A DNA stretch of 64,000 nt, taken from positions 868,001 to 932,000 of the forward strand of contig CDPCPM010000479.1 of NCBI GenBank assembly GCA_976551045.1, in the 5' to 3' direction. The position numbers and the translations under genes are program-made. Origin of the DNA: Glaucostegus cemiculus. Its lineage: Eukaryota. Below, piece after piece: positions 49,986-62,250 of the stretch (position 1 is the first letter of the stretch; each line of letters begins with the position of its first letter). The notes beneath the pieces were generated by a model, which was not told the origin of the DNA, searched no databases, and saw only the letters and a list, made by a program, of their open reading frames with translations.

Positions 49986-50763
49986 GAGTTGGACTCCTGT
50001 CAGCGTGGATATTGTACTTGTGCAAAGTCTTCAAGTTCATTGCTTTGTTACAGTATCTGAAATGATGGATTTTGATCTGTGAACTTTAATATTCATCTTT
50101 CTCGCTGAACCCAAACCCGAATCCCAAGAGAAGCAATTGAGAAACATTTTACACTGAGGTCTCTGAAACAATGCATTTGTGGTGGGACAGGAAATACTTC
50201 CTTCCCTTACTGCCTCTGTGCACATTTTGAAATACCACCTTAAATACCACCCAAGATGGATCAACTGATGCCTCTTTATTTCACATACCGTGGAGAGGTT
50301 TCAACTTTAATAAAATTGGGCATTTCTATGTGTCATTGCTTAGAAATTAACTTTGAGCTGTCAGTATTGATACAGCAGTATTGATACATGCTCTTGTAAA
50401 TCAGTATAGCTGTTAACATCAAAATTTGACTTGTCCCCCTTTATTTTGGTGTGAGAAAACAGTGTATTTTTTTTTGTGCACAAAATCACAAATCATTGGC
50501 AAACTACTCGCCATAAAGGGTAATTTTGAAACTGAGATGGGAAGGTTTTCTAAAACCTTAAAGTGCAAAGCCCACTGCCTATAACTTAGATTAATTGTGC
50601 AGTTACTATAAACATAATAGATTGAGGAAAACTTCAAACTTTAGCACAAAACAGTCTTTAAATATTATCATTGCTTTTGTTTTGATGGATTTTAAAATGG
50701 AGTTTCCTTTTTTCTTGTGTATGTATTTTAGGACTTTTACATTTTCAACTCTTTATATTCTAG

Positions 50764-50839
50764 GGAGAAGATGGTCCAGAGGTACGAGGAGGGTCAGTCG
50801 ATATTCTCATAGTGCATGCAACTGAGACAGATCGTAAAG
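50764..50839 (+). CDS. RAPGEF1: RAPGEF1 coding exon, REM domain start (GEDGPEVRGGSVDILIVHATETDRK)
   Basis: ttctag| acceptor, g|gtaaat donor. Resembles GDDGPDVRGGSGDILLVHATETDRK. Phase 0 to 1. Confidence 0.96.
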
Positions 50840-51376
50840 GTAAATGTACATTACAGAATGACCTCCAAAGAATGGAGTTAATTTTAGTTTTTTGCAATTC
50901 CAATTATGTTAAGAGAATGAATTATCTTTTGCTTTCCACTGTTGGAATATTGTAACAATCTTGTATTTTTCCATTGACTTTCTCCACATTGAAGATCAAA
51001 TTAGTTGGACTTTTATTGTTTATTTTTAATGGATTTCTTTCAATGTTGCTTTAAATTTACTGTTTTTTTTTGTTGCTTAATGTGTTTTCCCAGTTCTTCC
51101 TGTTGAGTTCTTGCAATATGCTCCTTACATTAAGAACTGAGCTGATGGATAAAGTCAGGTTTAGATTATTGGAGTAGTGACTGAAAATTAGCTAAAGCAA
51201 GTCAAAACCAATTCCATAAAGTTAGCAGCATGCTTTTCTTTAGCTCGAAGGAACATACTTTGTGTTCTAATTAATTATAATGTTGAGGGATATTGGACAG
51301 CATATGAGATTATTCAGTATTCAAAACCAGTGTGTTTCATTCATACTTCCAATTGCCTGCCTGTCTTCCTCCTTAG

Positions 51377-51461
51377 ACTTAGTCCTTTACTGTGAGGCAT
51401 TCCTGACCACCTATCGAACATTCATTCCACCTGAGGACATCATCAAGAAACTGCACCATCG
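51377..51461 (+). CDS. RAPGEF1: RAPGEF1 coding exon, REM domain (DLVLYCEAFLTTYRTFIPPEDIIKKLHHR)
   Basis: ccttag| acceptor; ends at the U12 donor cg|ATATCCTTT. Phase 1 to 2. Confidence 0.95.
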
Positions 51462-51666
51462 ATATCCTTTTTACTAATTTATGCAGGATTCTCAGTTATA
51501 ACAGCGTAAAGGGGCAATTAATGTGAATTGTTGGTGACGTGCACTCAGGAAAGATGTTACTATGAAGAAACTTATCTATACCCTAGTGTCTCCTAATTAT
51601 TTTCACACATGGGCATGCAGGCACGCGGGCACATGCATGCAGATATTTTTCCCTAACTTACGACAC
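51462..51666 (+). other. U12-type (minor spliceosome) AT-AC intron, 205 nt
   Basis: 5' site ATATCCTTT, branch site TTTCCCTAAC at 51648-51657, terminal AC at 51665-51666. Excision restores the frame ...HHR-YEKF... Confidence 0.93.
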
Positions 51667-51759
51667 TTATGAGAAGTTTTGCCACTGTCCAGACACTTTC
51701 AAAAAACGGGTGAGCAAGAATACATTCTTCGTTCTGGTACGAGTGGTGGATGAACTCTG
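51667..51759 (+). CDS. RAPGEF1: RAPGEF1 coding exon, REM domain (YEKFCHCPDTFKKRVSKNTFFVLVRVVDEL)
   Basis: Follows the AC acceptor, donor tg|gtgagt. Resembles YEKFSPFADTFKKRVSKNTFFVLVRVVDELC. Phase 2 to 2. Confidence 0.95.
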
Positions 51760-53064
51760 GTGAGTAATATTGGCAATTACGACATACAAACATGTTTAAG
51801 AAAATAAGTGTTGTTTGTCTGCATGTATTTTTAAATACAGCATCTTTGTCTTATTATTTAAGAAACTAAAATAGATTTTGCTACCTTCATGACTTCAGAA
51901 TTAATCATTGTTATTAATCTGAAGAATATTTTTGCATCTGTATTTTGTATTTGTTGTCAGACTTAGTTTTTTCCATACCAAAAATTTATAAAACTCCAGC
52001 AGAAAATAACACATCTCAAAGCATGTGCTTATTTGCCCAAACCTTCACTACCACCAAAAAATTGCCAGAATTTCTTTATACCAATGCTCCTTTTTGTTGC
52101 TAAGTTTTAAATGATTATTTCTGACCAACTATTTCCTGTACCTCCTTTGGAGCAAAGACTTGTGTTAAAAGTAAAATAGATTGGGCAGACTGAAAATAAA
52201 ATCACCACAGATTTCAAAAAAATCTCACTTTATTCTGAATGATTTACCTTTGTTATGTTGTGAATTGGGTTCTCCTGTATCAAAATATGTTCAGCTGCTA
52301 CTTGAATATGTGAATCTGTGCACTGTGTTCGTGTGTATGCAGCCCGTACGATGCACTCACTTGTGAAGCAATTGAAACTGAAATATCTGCTCAGCTTCCA
52401 TCTTTGCATGCAACACATATAACTTCTGTTTAGTGGTCTCTCAATTATTAGTTTAATTTTCAGGAGTCAATTGAGTTTTGATATGAGAAAGTTGTGTCAT
52501 TTTAAAATAAACTAGAACAAGATAAAATTGGAGGTATTTCAAATTCTTTTGGTGAGATTTTAAATTGCACAGAGTGAAGTAAATTAGTGCAGTGACCTCT
52601 GATAAGTAGCATCGGATAGTTTCCTCATGGTCTTCATCTTTCAAGTTAGTTAGTTGCACACCCTGGGAGCAAAGTGTTGCCAAACTTGCAAGGATCAGTA
52701 TGTACTGAAGTAACTTGCACGAATGGGCAAAATACTTTGGAAGTACTTTGTGCCTCAATTGTGCTTAGTCATCATTGCTACACATTCCAAAACTGTGAGC
52801 CAAATTACTTGGCAGCTAATGTCCCAGATCCACAGCATGCTTTAATAGATTGAGTGGTATGCATTTGTTGTTCAGTGAATTATACGAGTGCAGCTAAGCA
52901 TGCCTCCAGCAGTTTGTGGTGATTTATTGTATCATAACTTGCATCGTATTGATTAGCGCAAGACAAGATTATGTTTCTGAGTAAATATCTTTAACCTTAT
53001 TGTATCCTGAATGTCATTTCCAGTTTCAAAAGCATTTTGTACTCTGGATTTACTTATCAAGAAG

Positions 53065-53845
53065 TATAGAATCATTGAGTTATACAGAACAGAAATGGGC
53101 CCTTCAGCCCATCATGAGGCGGCACGATAGCATAGCAGTTAGCACGACGCTGTTACAGTGCCAGCGATCGGAGTTGGATTCCCGTCGCTGACTGTAAGGA
53201 GTTTGTACATTCTCCCGTGTCTGCGTGGGTTTCCTCTGGGTGCTCCGGTTTCTTCCCACATTCTAAAAGACGTATGAGTAGGTTAATTTGAGGGGTTTAA
53301 ATGGGCGGCGCGGACTCGTTGGGCCGAAAGGGCCTGTTACCACGCTGTAAGTAAAATTTGAAAAATTTGAAATGTCCATGCTGGCCATCAAATTCCTATC
53401 TATACTAATTCCATTTACCAGCACTAGGTCTGTGGCCTACTCTGCCATAGCAATTCAAGTGTTCATCCAGATGATTCTTAAATGTTGTGAGAGTGTCTGC
53501 CTCCACCACCACCTCAGGCAATGTGACCACCCTCTGGGTGGAAAAAATTCTTAGATCTTCTCTAAACCTCTTCCTCCTCACAGTAAACTTTTGTGCTCTG
53601 GTCTTAGACACCTATGATATGGAAACGTTTCTTACTATCTACCCTGTCTATGTCTCTCATAATTTGGTACACTTCTATCAGGTCCCCCCTCAGCCTCATC
53701 TACTCCAAGGGAAACAAGCCCAGCTTATCCTGTCTCATAACTGAAACATTTCCATCCCAGGCATCGTCCTAGTGAATCGCCTCTCGCCTTTTCCAGACCA
53801 GTCATGTCCTTCCAATAGTGCGGTGATCAGAACTGTACACCATTT
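53065..53845 (-). mobile_element. CR1-type LINE 3' fragment interrupted by a SINE
   Basis: ORF 53405-53611 (RFREDLRIFSTQRVV..LPEVVVEADTLTTFKNHLD); the tail continues on the other side of the SINE (53080-53116). Confidence 0.85.
53118..53371 (+). mobile_element. Full-length V-SINE-like element
   Basis: Head ggcggcacgatagcatagcagttagc, V core, tail gggccgaaagggcctgttaccacgctgtaa plus repeated aaaatttg. Reverse-complement match to 47031-47273. Confidence 0.92.
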
Positions 53846-54789
53846 GGGAAATACATAAAGTTCAGTTCAGGAAAAAGTACTTCAGGAGATTAACTGAGGA
53901 AGGGGCCTACTGAGTATCGTTGTTCATGGACTTTCAAAGGAATAGATCAACTTTTTTTTGTCTTGGGTGTACTTTGGTTATTTAATCTCACCTCTGATTC
54001 TGTAAACCTTTTCTATCAGTGATCATCATCACTGTGTAGGTAAGAAGCAAGTTGGGATACTAAAAACCATATTAACTAATAAAAATGATCTGTTTCTGCC
54101 CAATCAAATAAAAGTAGTTCTCCTTGTCCATAACTAATTACTCTGTGATTAGTTGCTAAAATCATAATATCATACCTGACATGAAGGTTTTCTCTCATTA
54201 TAAACATGGGATATTCTCTTATACCTGTAGTGCAGAAATAATGGAGGGTAAATGGATCGGAACAAACAGTGGCTCAAATGAGCCATTTGGTCTGTAGTTC
54301 TGATTGCCCTTTGGGTTTAACATCCTAAAGAGTAGTATGGATGTATGTTGTTGCATATATTGAGATCATTCACTCATCTCTTCCTGATTCTATACCCGTA
54401 CCTCCTGGCTGTAACCTTGGGCTGGTACCTATTTCTCATCTAACTGCTGTCCTTTGTAACAAAAGCTCAATGATAATACCCAAAAGAACCCAACTACAAT
54501 CCTATTTGATTCCACCTATAAGCAGACATTTTCTCTGATTCTGATATGGGGAGTTTCAAAGCCATTGCCTCTAGTTTCCACCCCAAAGTATTTTCTCGCT
54601 ACCTACAGCAACTGTAGGAGGGGTACACCAGATAGTCAGAAACTTGGCAATGTATTCAAACCTGAGATGTGTTTCCTATCACATCTTCACTATCACTAAG
54701 ACCAGCTACCTTCCCCATGTGTAAGTTTATTAATTTTCCCAGATATAAGCATCAGTGTTTTTTGATGTTTTGCCTTTGACAAATTAGTG

Positions 54790-55830
54790 GAAAGTTACTG
54801 TGAACTGCTGTAGTCCTTCTGGTGCAGGTACTCCGTCAATGTTGTTCTAGGGTTTTGACCCATTGAAAAGAATTGCGATTTATTTTTTTCCCAAGGGAGA
54901 GGAACCTGTTTCCCATGCAACTGCTCTCTTCTTGTCCTTGCTGGTAAGGGCCACAGGTTTTGGAGGTGCTGTTGCACCTTATGAGATGTATAGTGCAGTT
55001 TTGGTGCACCCGGAATGGAGCGAATGAATATTTAACGTGGTGAATTTGGTGCCAGTTAAGTTGACTCTCTGTCAAGCTGTCTGTTGTTGGAGATGTATTC
55101 CTCCTGGCAGGTGGAGAGTATTCTGTAATCCTGACTTGTGCTTTGCAGATAGTGGAAAGGCTTTGGGATGCCAGGGTGTGAGTCACTTGCGGCAGCATAC
55201 ACAACTGATCTGTTCTTGTAGCCATAGTACTTACGTGGCTGGCCCTGTTGAATTTCCTGTCAAGGGTGACCCCCAGGATAAATTTATTGGTTGACTTGGT
55301 GCTGATAATCAGAGTAGTTAGATTTTATGGTGATAGTGATTGCCTGGCACTTTTGTGGCATGAATGTTACTTGCCACTTACCAGTCCAAGCTTGATTGTT
55401 GTCTAGGTGTCGTTACATGCAGGCATGGATAGGCTGAGAAGTTGTAAATAGAATTGATTGTGCAAACATCAGTGACCATCCTCACTTCTGACCTTTATAA
55501 TGGAAGATCATTAGTGAAGCTGCCAAAGATGGCTGGGCCTAGGAAATGCCATGAGGGAACTACAGTGATGAGTTGGCAATACTGTAATTGGTCTTGAATA
55601 ACCACAGCCATCTTCTGTGGGCACCATGACTCCGATCATTGGCATGTTTTCCCCCTGTTAACCAGTTGTACTAGAGCTCCTTCATGCCACACATGGTATA
55701 ATGCTACTTTAATGTCAGAGGCAGTCACTCTAGTCTCTCCTCTGGAATTCGGCTCTTTAGTCCATGTTTGGATCAAGGCCAAGGGTGGGTTTTGGATCCA
55801 CGTGGTCCAAGCAGAATCGAAACTGGACAT
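54790..55830 (-). mobile_element. Decayed LINE RT fragment (CR1/L2 group)
   Basis: Minus-strand ORFs 55636-55830 (LIQTWTKE.NSRGETRVTASDIKVALYHVWHEGAL, ALDIxxAFDxVWH-like) and 54836-55225 (LSTICKAQVR..EYSP). Confidence 0.7.
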
Positions 55831-57510
55831 TGGTGTGCAGGTATAAACACACTGCAGACTTTGGCAGGTTAGACATCGTGTGGAAAGAGAGTTAATGATT
55901 CAGGTCCTAAGACTGGCAGAACTGGAAAAACGAGAAAACAAGGGAGTTTTCAATTTCAGAGAAGGTGAGGAGAGCAATATCTCTGAAAGGGAAGCATCAA
56001 GTAGGTTGATAGGCACATAGAACCAGTTTATGCTTTGTCTGCGTTATGTGTGGCTAACAGTGGTTGTGGGACGTGCCCAGTAGCTCAGCTTGTATCAAAG
56101 GAGAGTGAGAAACTGAGCCAAAATAAATTGCAAAAATGGCAGGTTATTGAAGAGTATGCCACTTGAAAGGATTACTAATAGCATTTTCTATTGCCTCAAT
56201 AATTGAGAATAGATTGATTTGAGCAGTAATTGGATTTTTCCCACTTTCTGTGAACAGAACACGTCAGTCATTTTTCACATTGGCTGTTGCCAGGGTTGTA
56301 AGTGTACAGGTACAGCTTGGCTCGAGATGCTGCTAGTTCTGAAGCACAGGTCTTCAACGTTGCAGCTGGGATGTTGTTGCATAACCTTAGCTGTAGAAAG
56401 GGCTCAGCCATTTCATGATAACAATGAATCAACTTGGCAGACTTGCTGAGATGCGGGAAATTTCAGGAGGAACCTTTAGTAATATTGCCAGTTTTACATC
56501 TGCCTCAGCTTACGTGCTGAAATCCTCGACCACATCTTTGCTACCTCTGGAGTTAACTTTTTCAAGTCACTACTAAGTAGGGTTATACCTTCCATCCTGC
56601 ACATCCTTCAGCTCATCTAAAATTCTACTACCTATATCCCATCTTGCAGTGTTTCATGCTCACTAATTTTCATTACCTTGTAGATTAAGCAATTTCAGAA
56701 GTCACCCTTTTTAAAAAGAAATCTGACCATGACTTAGCTGCAATGGCCTACTTCTGCTCCTTTGGCTTGAGATCTTGAGATGTTGACCCTGCATCTAAAT
56801 TCCTTCATTTCTACAACTTCTGAAATATCTGTGCTCCAAATCTGGCTTCTTCGCATCCCCAAATTTAAACACTCCATTGTTGGCAGCCCCTTGCCATTAA
56901 CTGCCTTCCCTCCTTAAAAAAAATCTCCTCTGCTACTTTCCTGCTTTGAGATGTTTCTTTTATCTGCATCCTCTTTTCCCATAATATATCTTTGTACATT
57001 TTCTGTTGAATCTTGTTTGAATAAAACACCTTTATAGGAAAGTTACACCATTATTAATAATGCTGTATAATTGCAAATTGTTGTTTACAGATAATGAAGT
57101 ACATTTGAAATGTTGCCTGTGTTGTAATGCTGGAAGTACTCCAGTTACTTGGGAAGAAGGACCTAAATGCATATTATTGAATGCCATGCAAATTACAATT
57201 ATGTTAGTTTGTTCTGTAAGCATTGCGTAATATTCAATACCAGTGCCTTAAGAGTGCTCACATGATTGACTGGCAACTAGTGACACAGATTATGATGATA
57301 TCTAATGTGGAAGTAACCTATATGCCCTTTTTAATATCTGCATAACCCCTTTTTTTTCCTGTACTTATTTCAGAAGAATGCTTTCTAGTTAAAAAAAAAA
57401 GGGTAAATATTCAAAGTCTGCAGTAAGAGTCTAGTCTAGAAGTTCTACCTTTTATGCTATACCTGTTGCACATCATCTGATCAATTTTGTTTTGTTGCTT
57501 CCTTTCCCAG

Positions 57511-57696
57511 TCTGGTAGAGCTGTCGGATGACATCCTGAAGTTGCTGATGGAACTTGTGTTCCGTCTAGTGTGTAGTGGTGAGCTGAGTCTGGCCCGGGT
57601 TCTAAGAAAGAATATTCTGGATAAAGTAGATCAGAAGAAGACTGTGAAATATGCTGGTTTGATGAAGCCGTTGGCTGCACGTGGGGTAGCAGCAAG
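57511..57696 (+). CDS. RAPGEF1: RAPGEF1 coding exon (LVELSDDILKLLMELVFRLVCSGELSLARVLRKNILDKVDQKK...PLAARGVAAR)
   Basis: tttcccag| acceptor, ag|gtacag donor. Near-identical to C3G. Phase 2 to 2. Confidence 0.97.
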
Positions 57697-57891
57697 GTAC
57701 AGGTTCCATGTATATTTTTTTTAGACAATATTATTTTACCTTGCTTTCTTGTAAGGTTTATAAACAAATAGATGGAAATGGGTAGTCTCTTAATTTTTGT
57801 CAGTGGTTGGGAGAATCTGTTGTGTGAAAACAGAATTAATTCAGTCCTCAACTTCTGGTAACACTTGAACTGCTGCCTTTTTTCTCTCCAG

Positions 57892-57976
57892 GCCTGGAAC
57901 CCTTCATGACTTCCACAGTCATGAGATTGCTGAACAGTTGACACTGCTAGATGCTGAGCTGTTCTACAAAATAGAG
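57892..57976 (+). CDS. RAPGEF1: RAPGEF1 coding exon, CDC25 domain start (PGTLHDFHSHEIAEQLTLLDAELFYKIE)
   Basis: tctccag| acceptor, gag|gtattt donor. Matches the recalled human peptide. Phase 2 to 0. Confidence 0.97.
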
Positions 57977-58139
57977 GTATTTGAATAAGTCATTGCTCTG
58001 CAAGTCATACAGATTATTACATTTTCATGAACTACACTGATATGAGGTTAGCTTATCCTGTTAAAACATGGTGCTGTTCTATCTAACTGAATCATTGAAA
58101 AAATTGTGGGCCAGTTGAAGATTGGTTCGAGGATTCAGA

Positions 58140-58930
58140 TGAGAAAAAGAATCATTTGGCCTATAGTGTTTATGCCAGTCAAAAAAAGCTACCCAGCCTC
58201 ATCCCTCCTTCCAACACTCCATTCATAGCCCTGAAGCTCTTGGATACATGTAAATATTTTATAGGTGACAAGGATTTCTGCATCTATCATCCTTTCAGGC
58301 AGTGGAGTCCAGACCCCTGCCACCCCCTCTCCTCTAATCCTACTGATTACTCTATTTCTTATGTCCCTTTCTGGAGTCCATCCTGCTTACTGTGTGTAAG
58401 CCCCTTGTGATTTTATAAGATCGATTAAAATTTCCCTCAGTTTCATCTGCTTCAAAAGAAAGCAAACCAAGAGCATCCTATCATTCCTAATTGCAAAAAG
58501 TTTGCTTTGCACCTGTCAGTGCGGTCACATTTTTCCTGTAATGTAATGGCACAGTACTTGAGCCATAGTCTCCCTGCACTTGGATTTCATGCATCAGTTT
58601 GAAAGGCAAAGCATCCCAATGTGGCTTTTTAACTATCATATTAACTTGATCTTTGGACATAAACTTCCAGTGTTCTTCCATAGTAAATATCAAATGGAGT
58701 GTTTTTCTCGGCCTTTTTGCATCTTAAATGCATTGCCTTACCGCTAGATTACTTGTCTGTCCAGCTGAGCGGGCCATCTATATTTACATGTCTTCTAAAT
58801 GTTTTCTCCTCACTGTCACCCATATGCCCAACTTTTGTATCATCTGCAAACTCTAACAGGCTTCAAAAACACTCATTAATGTATACAGAAAGCAAGGACT
58901 AAGACAAAGCCCAGTGGAGTCCTGCTAGTA
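58140..58930 (-). mobile_element. Decayed CR1-type LINE 3' portion
   Basis: Motif order shared with other minus-strand copies (ccaacttttgtatcatctgcaaac; ttcaggcagtggagtccag). Confidence 0.55.
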
Positions 58931-59320
58931 ACACAACATCAGATCAGCATAAGTGGGCAATAATATGCACCTGCATGATGAGAAAACTGAGAATTAAGTA
59001 GAAGCATTTGGTTTTAAGAATTGTAGTACAAGTAAGTGACCGCTAAAGATAATAAATCCTGGACTGTGGTCATAGCTGGTGGACCTGTTTAATGTTGAAG
59101 CAGATTAGACCATTCTTCAGGAAGGGATGCTGATTATCAAATTAGAATGCTCACAGGTGAAATTTAAGCTGACAACTTTGCTCATGTTTCTGTGCTCCAG
59201 GTTAAATTCTATTGGTGATTCCTTTGTTCCTTTACATTCTGATCCAAGTTATATGGTGCTAGTCTAGCAAATGTTATGGCTACCTTCATCTCTCTATTTT
59301 ATCACTTCTTTTAATGACAG

Positions 59321-59415
59321 ATCCCTGAGGTTTTACTCTGGGCCAAAGAACAGAATGAAGAGAAGAGTCCGAACCTAACACAGTTTACAGAGCACTTCAA
59401 CAATATGTCCTATTG
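59321..59415 (+). CDS. RAPGEF1: RAPGEF1 coding exon, CDC25 domain (IPEVLLWAKEQNEEKSPNLTQFTEHFNNMSYW)
   Basis: gacag| acceptor, tg|gtgagc donor. Phase 0 to 2. Confidence 0.97.
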
Positions 59416-60724
59416 GTGAGCATGAAGCAGTGTTTCTGAGCTCTTCTGTGCCAAAGTGGTTGAGATAAGGAGAACTGAGTTCTGGGTGTAACAACTGAAA
59501 GCTTCTGCTTATGAATAATGAGATGGAATAAAAGTAGCCAATACAAGATCACGAGTCAATACAGGGGTTGAATGTCGTGACGGGGTGCGCAGTAGAGTGG
59601 AGACTTCTAGAGATGAGATGAAAGATTACCTGAGAAACAATGGTTCAGTGGTTGGTGATAGGATCGTGAAGCAACGAGAGGTCTGAGGAAATGTTGGAGG
59701 GCTGGCTTCTAGTTTGGTAAAAGTTAGTTTGCCATACCATCTCATCCTTGATATCGAGATTTAATGGTTGTCAAGATTGGATTGGTGAGAATGAAATGGT
59801 GCAGAGGGAGGGATTAAGGACAATGAAACCAAAATGGTCAATATCAAGCAGCAGTTTCTAGTGAAATGTTGAAGGAGGAAAGGAAATCTGAGGGAAGGGT
59901 CCAGGTGAAAGGAGAATTCTGAAGATGGCGGAAATGGTCAACTGTTAATGTGGAGAAAAGGGGGTTGGGATGCTATTTTTAACCAAGAAGCAGACACAAA
60001 AGTGAATGTGACAGAAGAGTTCAACATCATGTCAAGCTGCATGCATTAATGTTATAAGAGGACCATGGAGGGAATAATTGGGAAATATAGTGAAAATATG
60101 CCAGTAGATGAAATGGACCTGCAGACAAGAACAAAGTGTGCATCAGTGCTGCTGAAGACTTTCAAAGAGCTGATGGGCAGTGAGCAGAATAGTTCCAGTT
60201 CTAAAATTTAAGACTCCAGGTTTGACTCCTTTATGGTGGGAGTGAGGAAAAGGACCATACTACATACATGTATCAAAACACAGAAGGACACCATGGTGAT
60301 TTGCCTGTAGTGCTTTCACTCCTCTCTGGGAATACTTCTCTGTTGTCAGATCTTTGCTGTCTTTAGTTATATGTTCAGCATTGGTATCTCATTTTGTGGA
60401 GAACTGTAACAGAAAACACTTGCTGATGCTGGCAAAGTTCATTAGAAGCAATACACCAGCCACCATCTCCAGTCTTCCTCCATTTCACATTTTGTTTTGA
60501 ACATGTCAACTTGTGAGCTATGTGTCTGCTTCTCCACAGTCCATTGAACTAATACCTACTCATCACGCGTGTACCTAAACATTGAGTGTTAACAAGGCAG
60601 AGTGACTGCAAAGCATTGCAGCTGAGCCAGATGTATTTTCTCACTACCAATGCCAGTCTCCCAGGAATGGATGCTGGATATCAAATGAGAGAATGTTTTC
60701 ATGTTAAATCCTTTGGTCTTTCAG

Positions 60725-60803
60725 GGTGAGGTCAATAATTATTCAACAGGAAAAGGCACAAGATCGAGAACGGTTACTCCTCAAGTTTATCAAAATTATG
60801 AAG
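60725..60803 (+). CDS. RAPGEF1: RAPGEF1 coding exon, CDC25 domain (VRSIIIQQEKAQDRERLLLKFIKIMK)
   Basis: ctttcag| acceptor, aag|gtatgt donor. Phase 2 to 0. Confidence 0.97.
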
Positions 60804-61048
60804 GTATGTACTGGTACAAAGTTTAATATTGTTACGTTTCTCTGCTCTCAATTCTGAGAATTGTAAGATTTGCTCAACAAAAAATATGCCTTATGTATAT
60901 AATTTAATACATAGAACTTAGATGACATGTGGCTAGAAAAATATATGGTTGTGTGTGGTGAAATCTCACCAAAAATGTCCACGTAACTTGGTAACTATGA
61001 AATCCTTGGAACACATGCTGAAATTCAAACTTTTTTTTCCCTTTTTAG

Positions 61049-61150
61049 CACTTACGCAAATTGAATAATTTTAATTCATACCTGGCTATATTGTCTGCGT
61101 TAGACTCTGCACCTATTCGAAGGTTGGAATGGCAGAAGCAGACTTCAGAG
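61049..61150 (+). CDS. RAPGEF1: RAPGEF1 coding exon, CDC25 domain (HLRKLNNFNSYLAILSALDSAPIRRLEWQKQTSE)
   Basis: tttttag| acceptor, gag|gtaagc donor. Phase 0 to 0. Confidence 0.97.
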
Positions 61151-62149
61151 GTAAGCATCATGAGTCTTCAGGCATTTTTTAAATTGTTTAATTCATTTTT
61201 GTAAAGTTTAAACTATAAATTGGTGCAAAACGCCTTCAGTGCACCAAAAGCTATATTTAAAGTGACACTGTCATCCCAGTTTTATGTGGCTGCTATAGCA
61301 TAGTCTGTATGCCATTTCGTAAGTGGGTACCGTCATGTATATTTCAATGCAAAACACATACTAAAAACTCTGGAAATGAACTGATTGAATAATGTACTAA
61401 TTGCAAAATACATCCAGGCAGTTAATGATGGAATTGCTGGATTGATAAAATTAGAATACTTCTTCCCCCAAGATTGGGTTCGATGCACATGATGTGCTTG
61501 CTAAAGGTGTGTGACTAATAACCATTTTGAACTACATATCAGATTGGTCAATATTGTCATTGGAATACATTTTTTCCTGTACTTGTATCCTTCAGATTGG
61601 GGAACAAATTTCCACAGAAGATTAAATCATTGCAGATTATTCAATAGCAAGATTTAAACCTAACCTTGGAATAGCCTTTTCTTGTAGTGAATGTAATGGG
61701 TCGTCTGGAATGGCAACTTAGTTTGCCACAGGGAATCTACTTCTGTTTTCACAGTTGGACATGGCTTAAAATACATCTACATTACTCAGTGTTTTCCTGA
61801 ATCTTGTTGCTTTCACTCAGCTGTCACATGCCAAATTAAATCACTCTTTTGAAGTTAAGAATAAGCCATTAATACTGGAAATCAGGATAGAAAATGCCAT
61901 AGCTCAAGCCATTCTGAATCTGAAAGATAACAGTAATTGATTTTGATTGGAGTCATTGATTTTTTAATGTGTAACAGGAAAATTGTAATAATTCTTCAGA
62001 ACTTCAATTTGTAGAATCTTTGTTTTAGCTGATCTCAACTCTATTTCCATTCTTTACAGTGGGCAAAATGGGGAAAAATATAAGCTCATACCAGGTATCA
62101 AAGTACAGTCCATGAAATGTGAGAGGTCTGCAACCTGAGACTCTCAGTA

Positions 62150-62250
62150 CTGTTCCGATGAAGGGTTTCCAACTTGAAACATTCATTCTCTTTCCACAGA
62201 TGCTGCCTGATTTGCTGACTGTTTCTAGCATTTTCTGTTTTTAGCTCAGG
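62150..62250 (+). repeat. Penelope-terminal-repeat-derived short repeat with a hammerhead-like core
   Basis: ttccgatgaagggtttccaacttgaaacatt...ccacagatgctgcctgatttgctgactgtttctagcattttctg. A similar copy lies at about 62610-62712. Confidence 0.65.

Noticed and set aside
50361-50390. Short tandem duplication cagtattgataca x2 (similar ones near 9195-9235)
   Set aside because: Ordinary slippage-type duplications with only two units; not an array.
57411-57944. 177-aa minus-strand ORF (and similar antisense ORFs such as 885-1199 and 4574-4837)
   Set aside because: Antisense shadows of RAPGEF1 exons with no recognisable domain.
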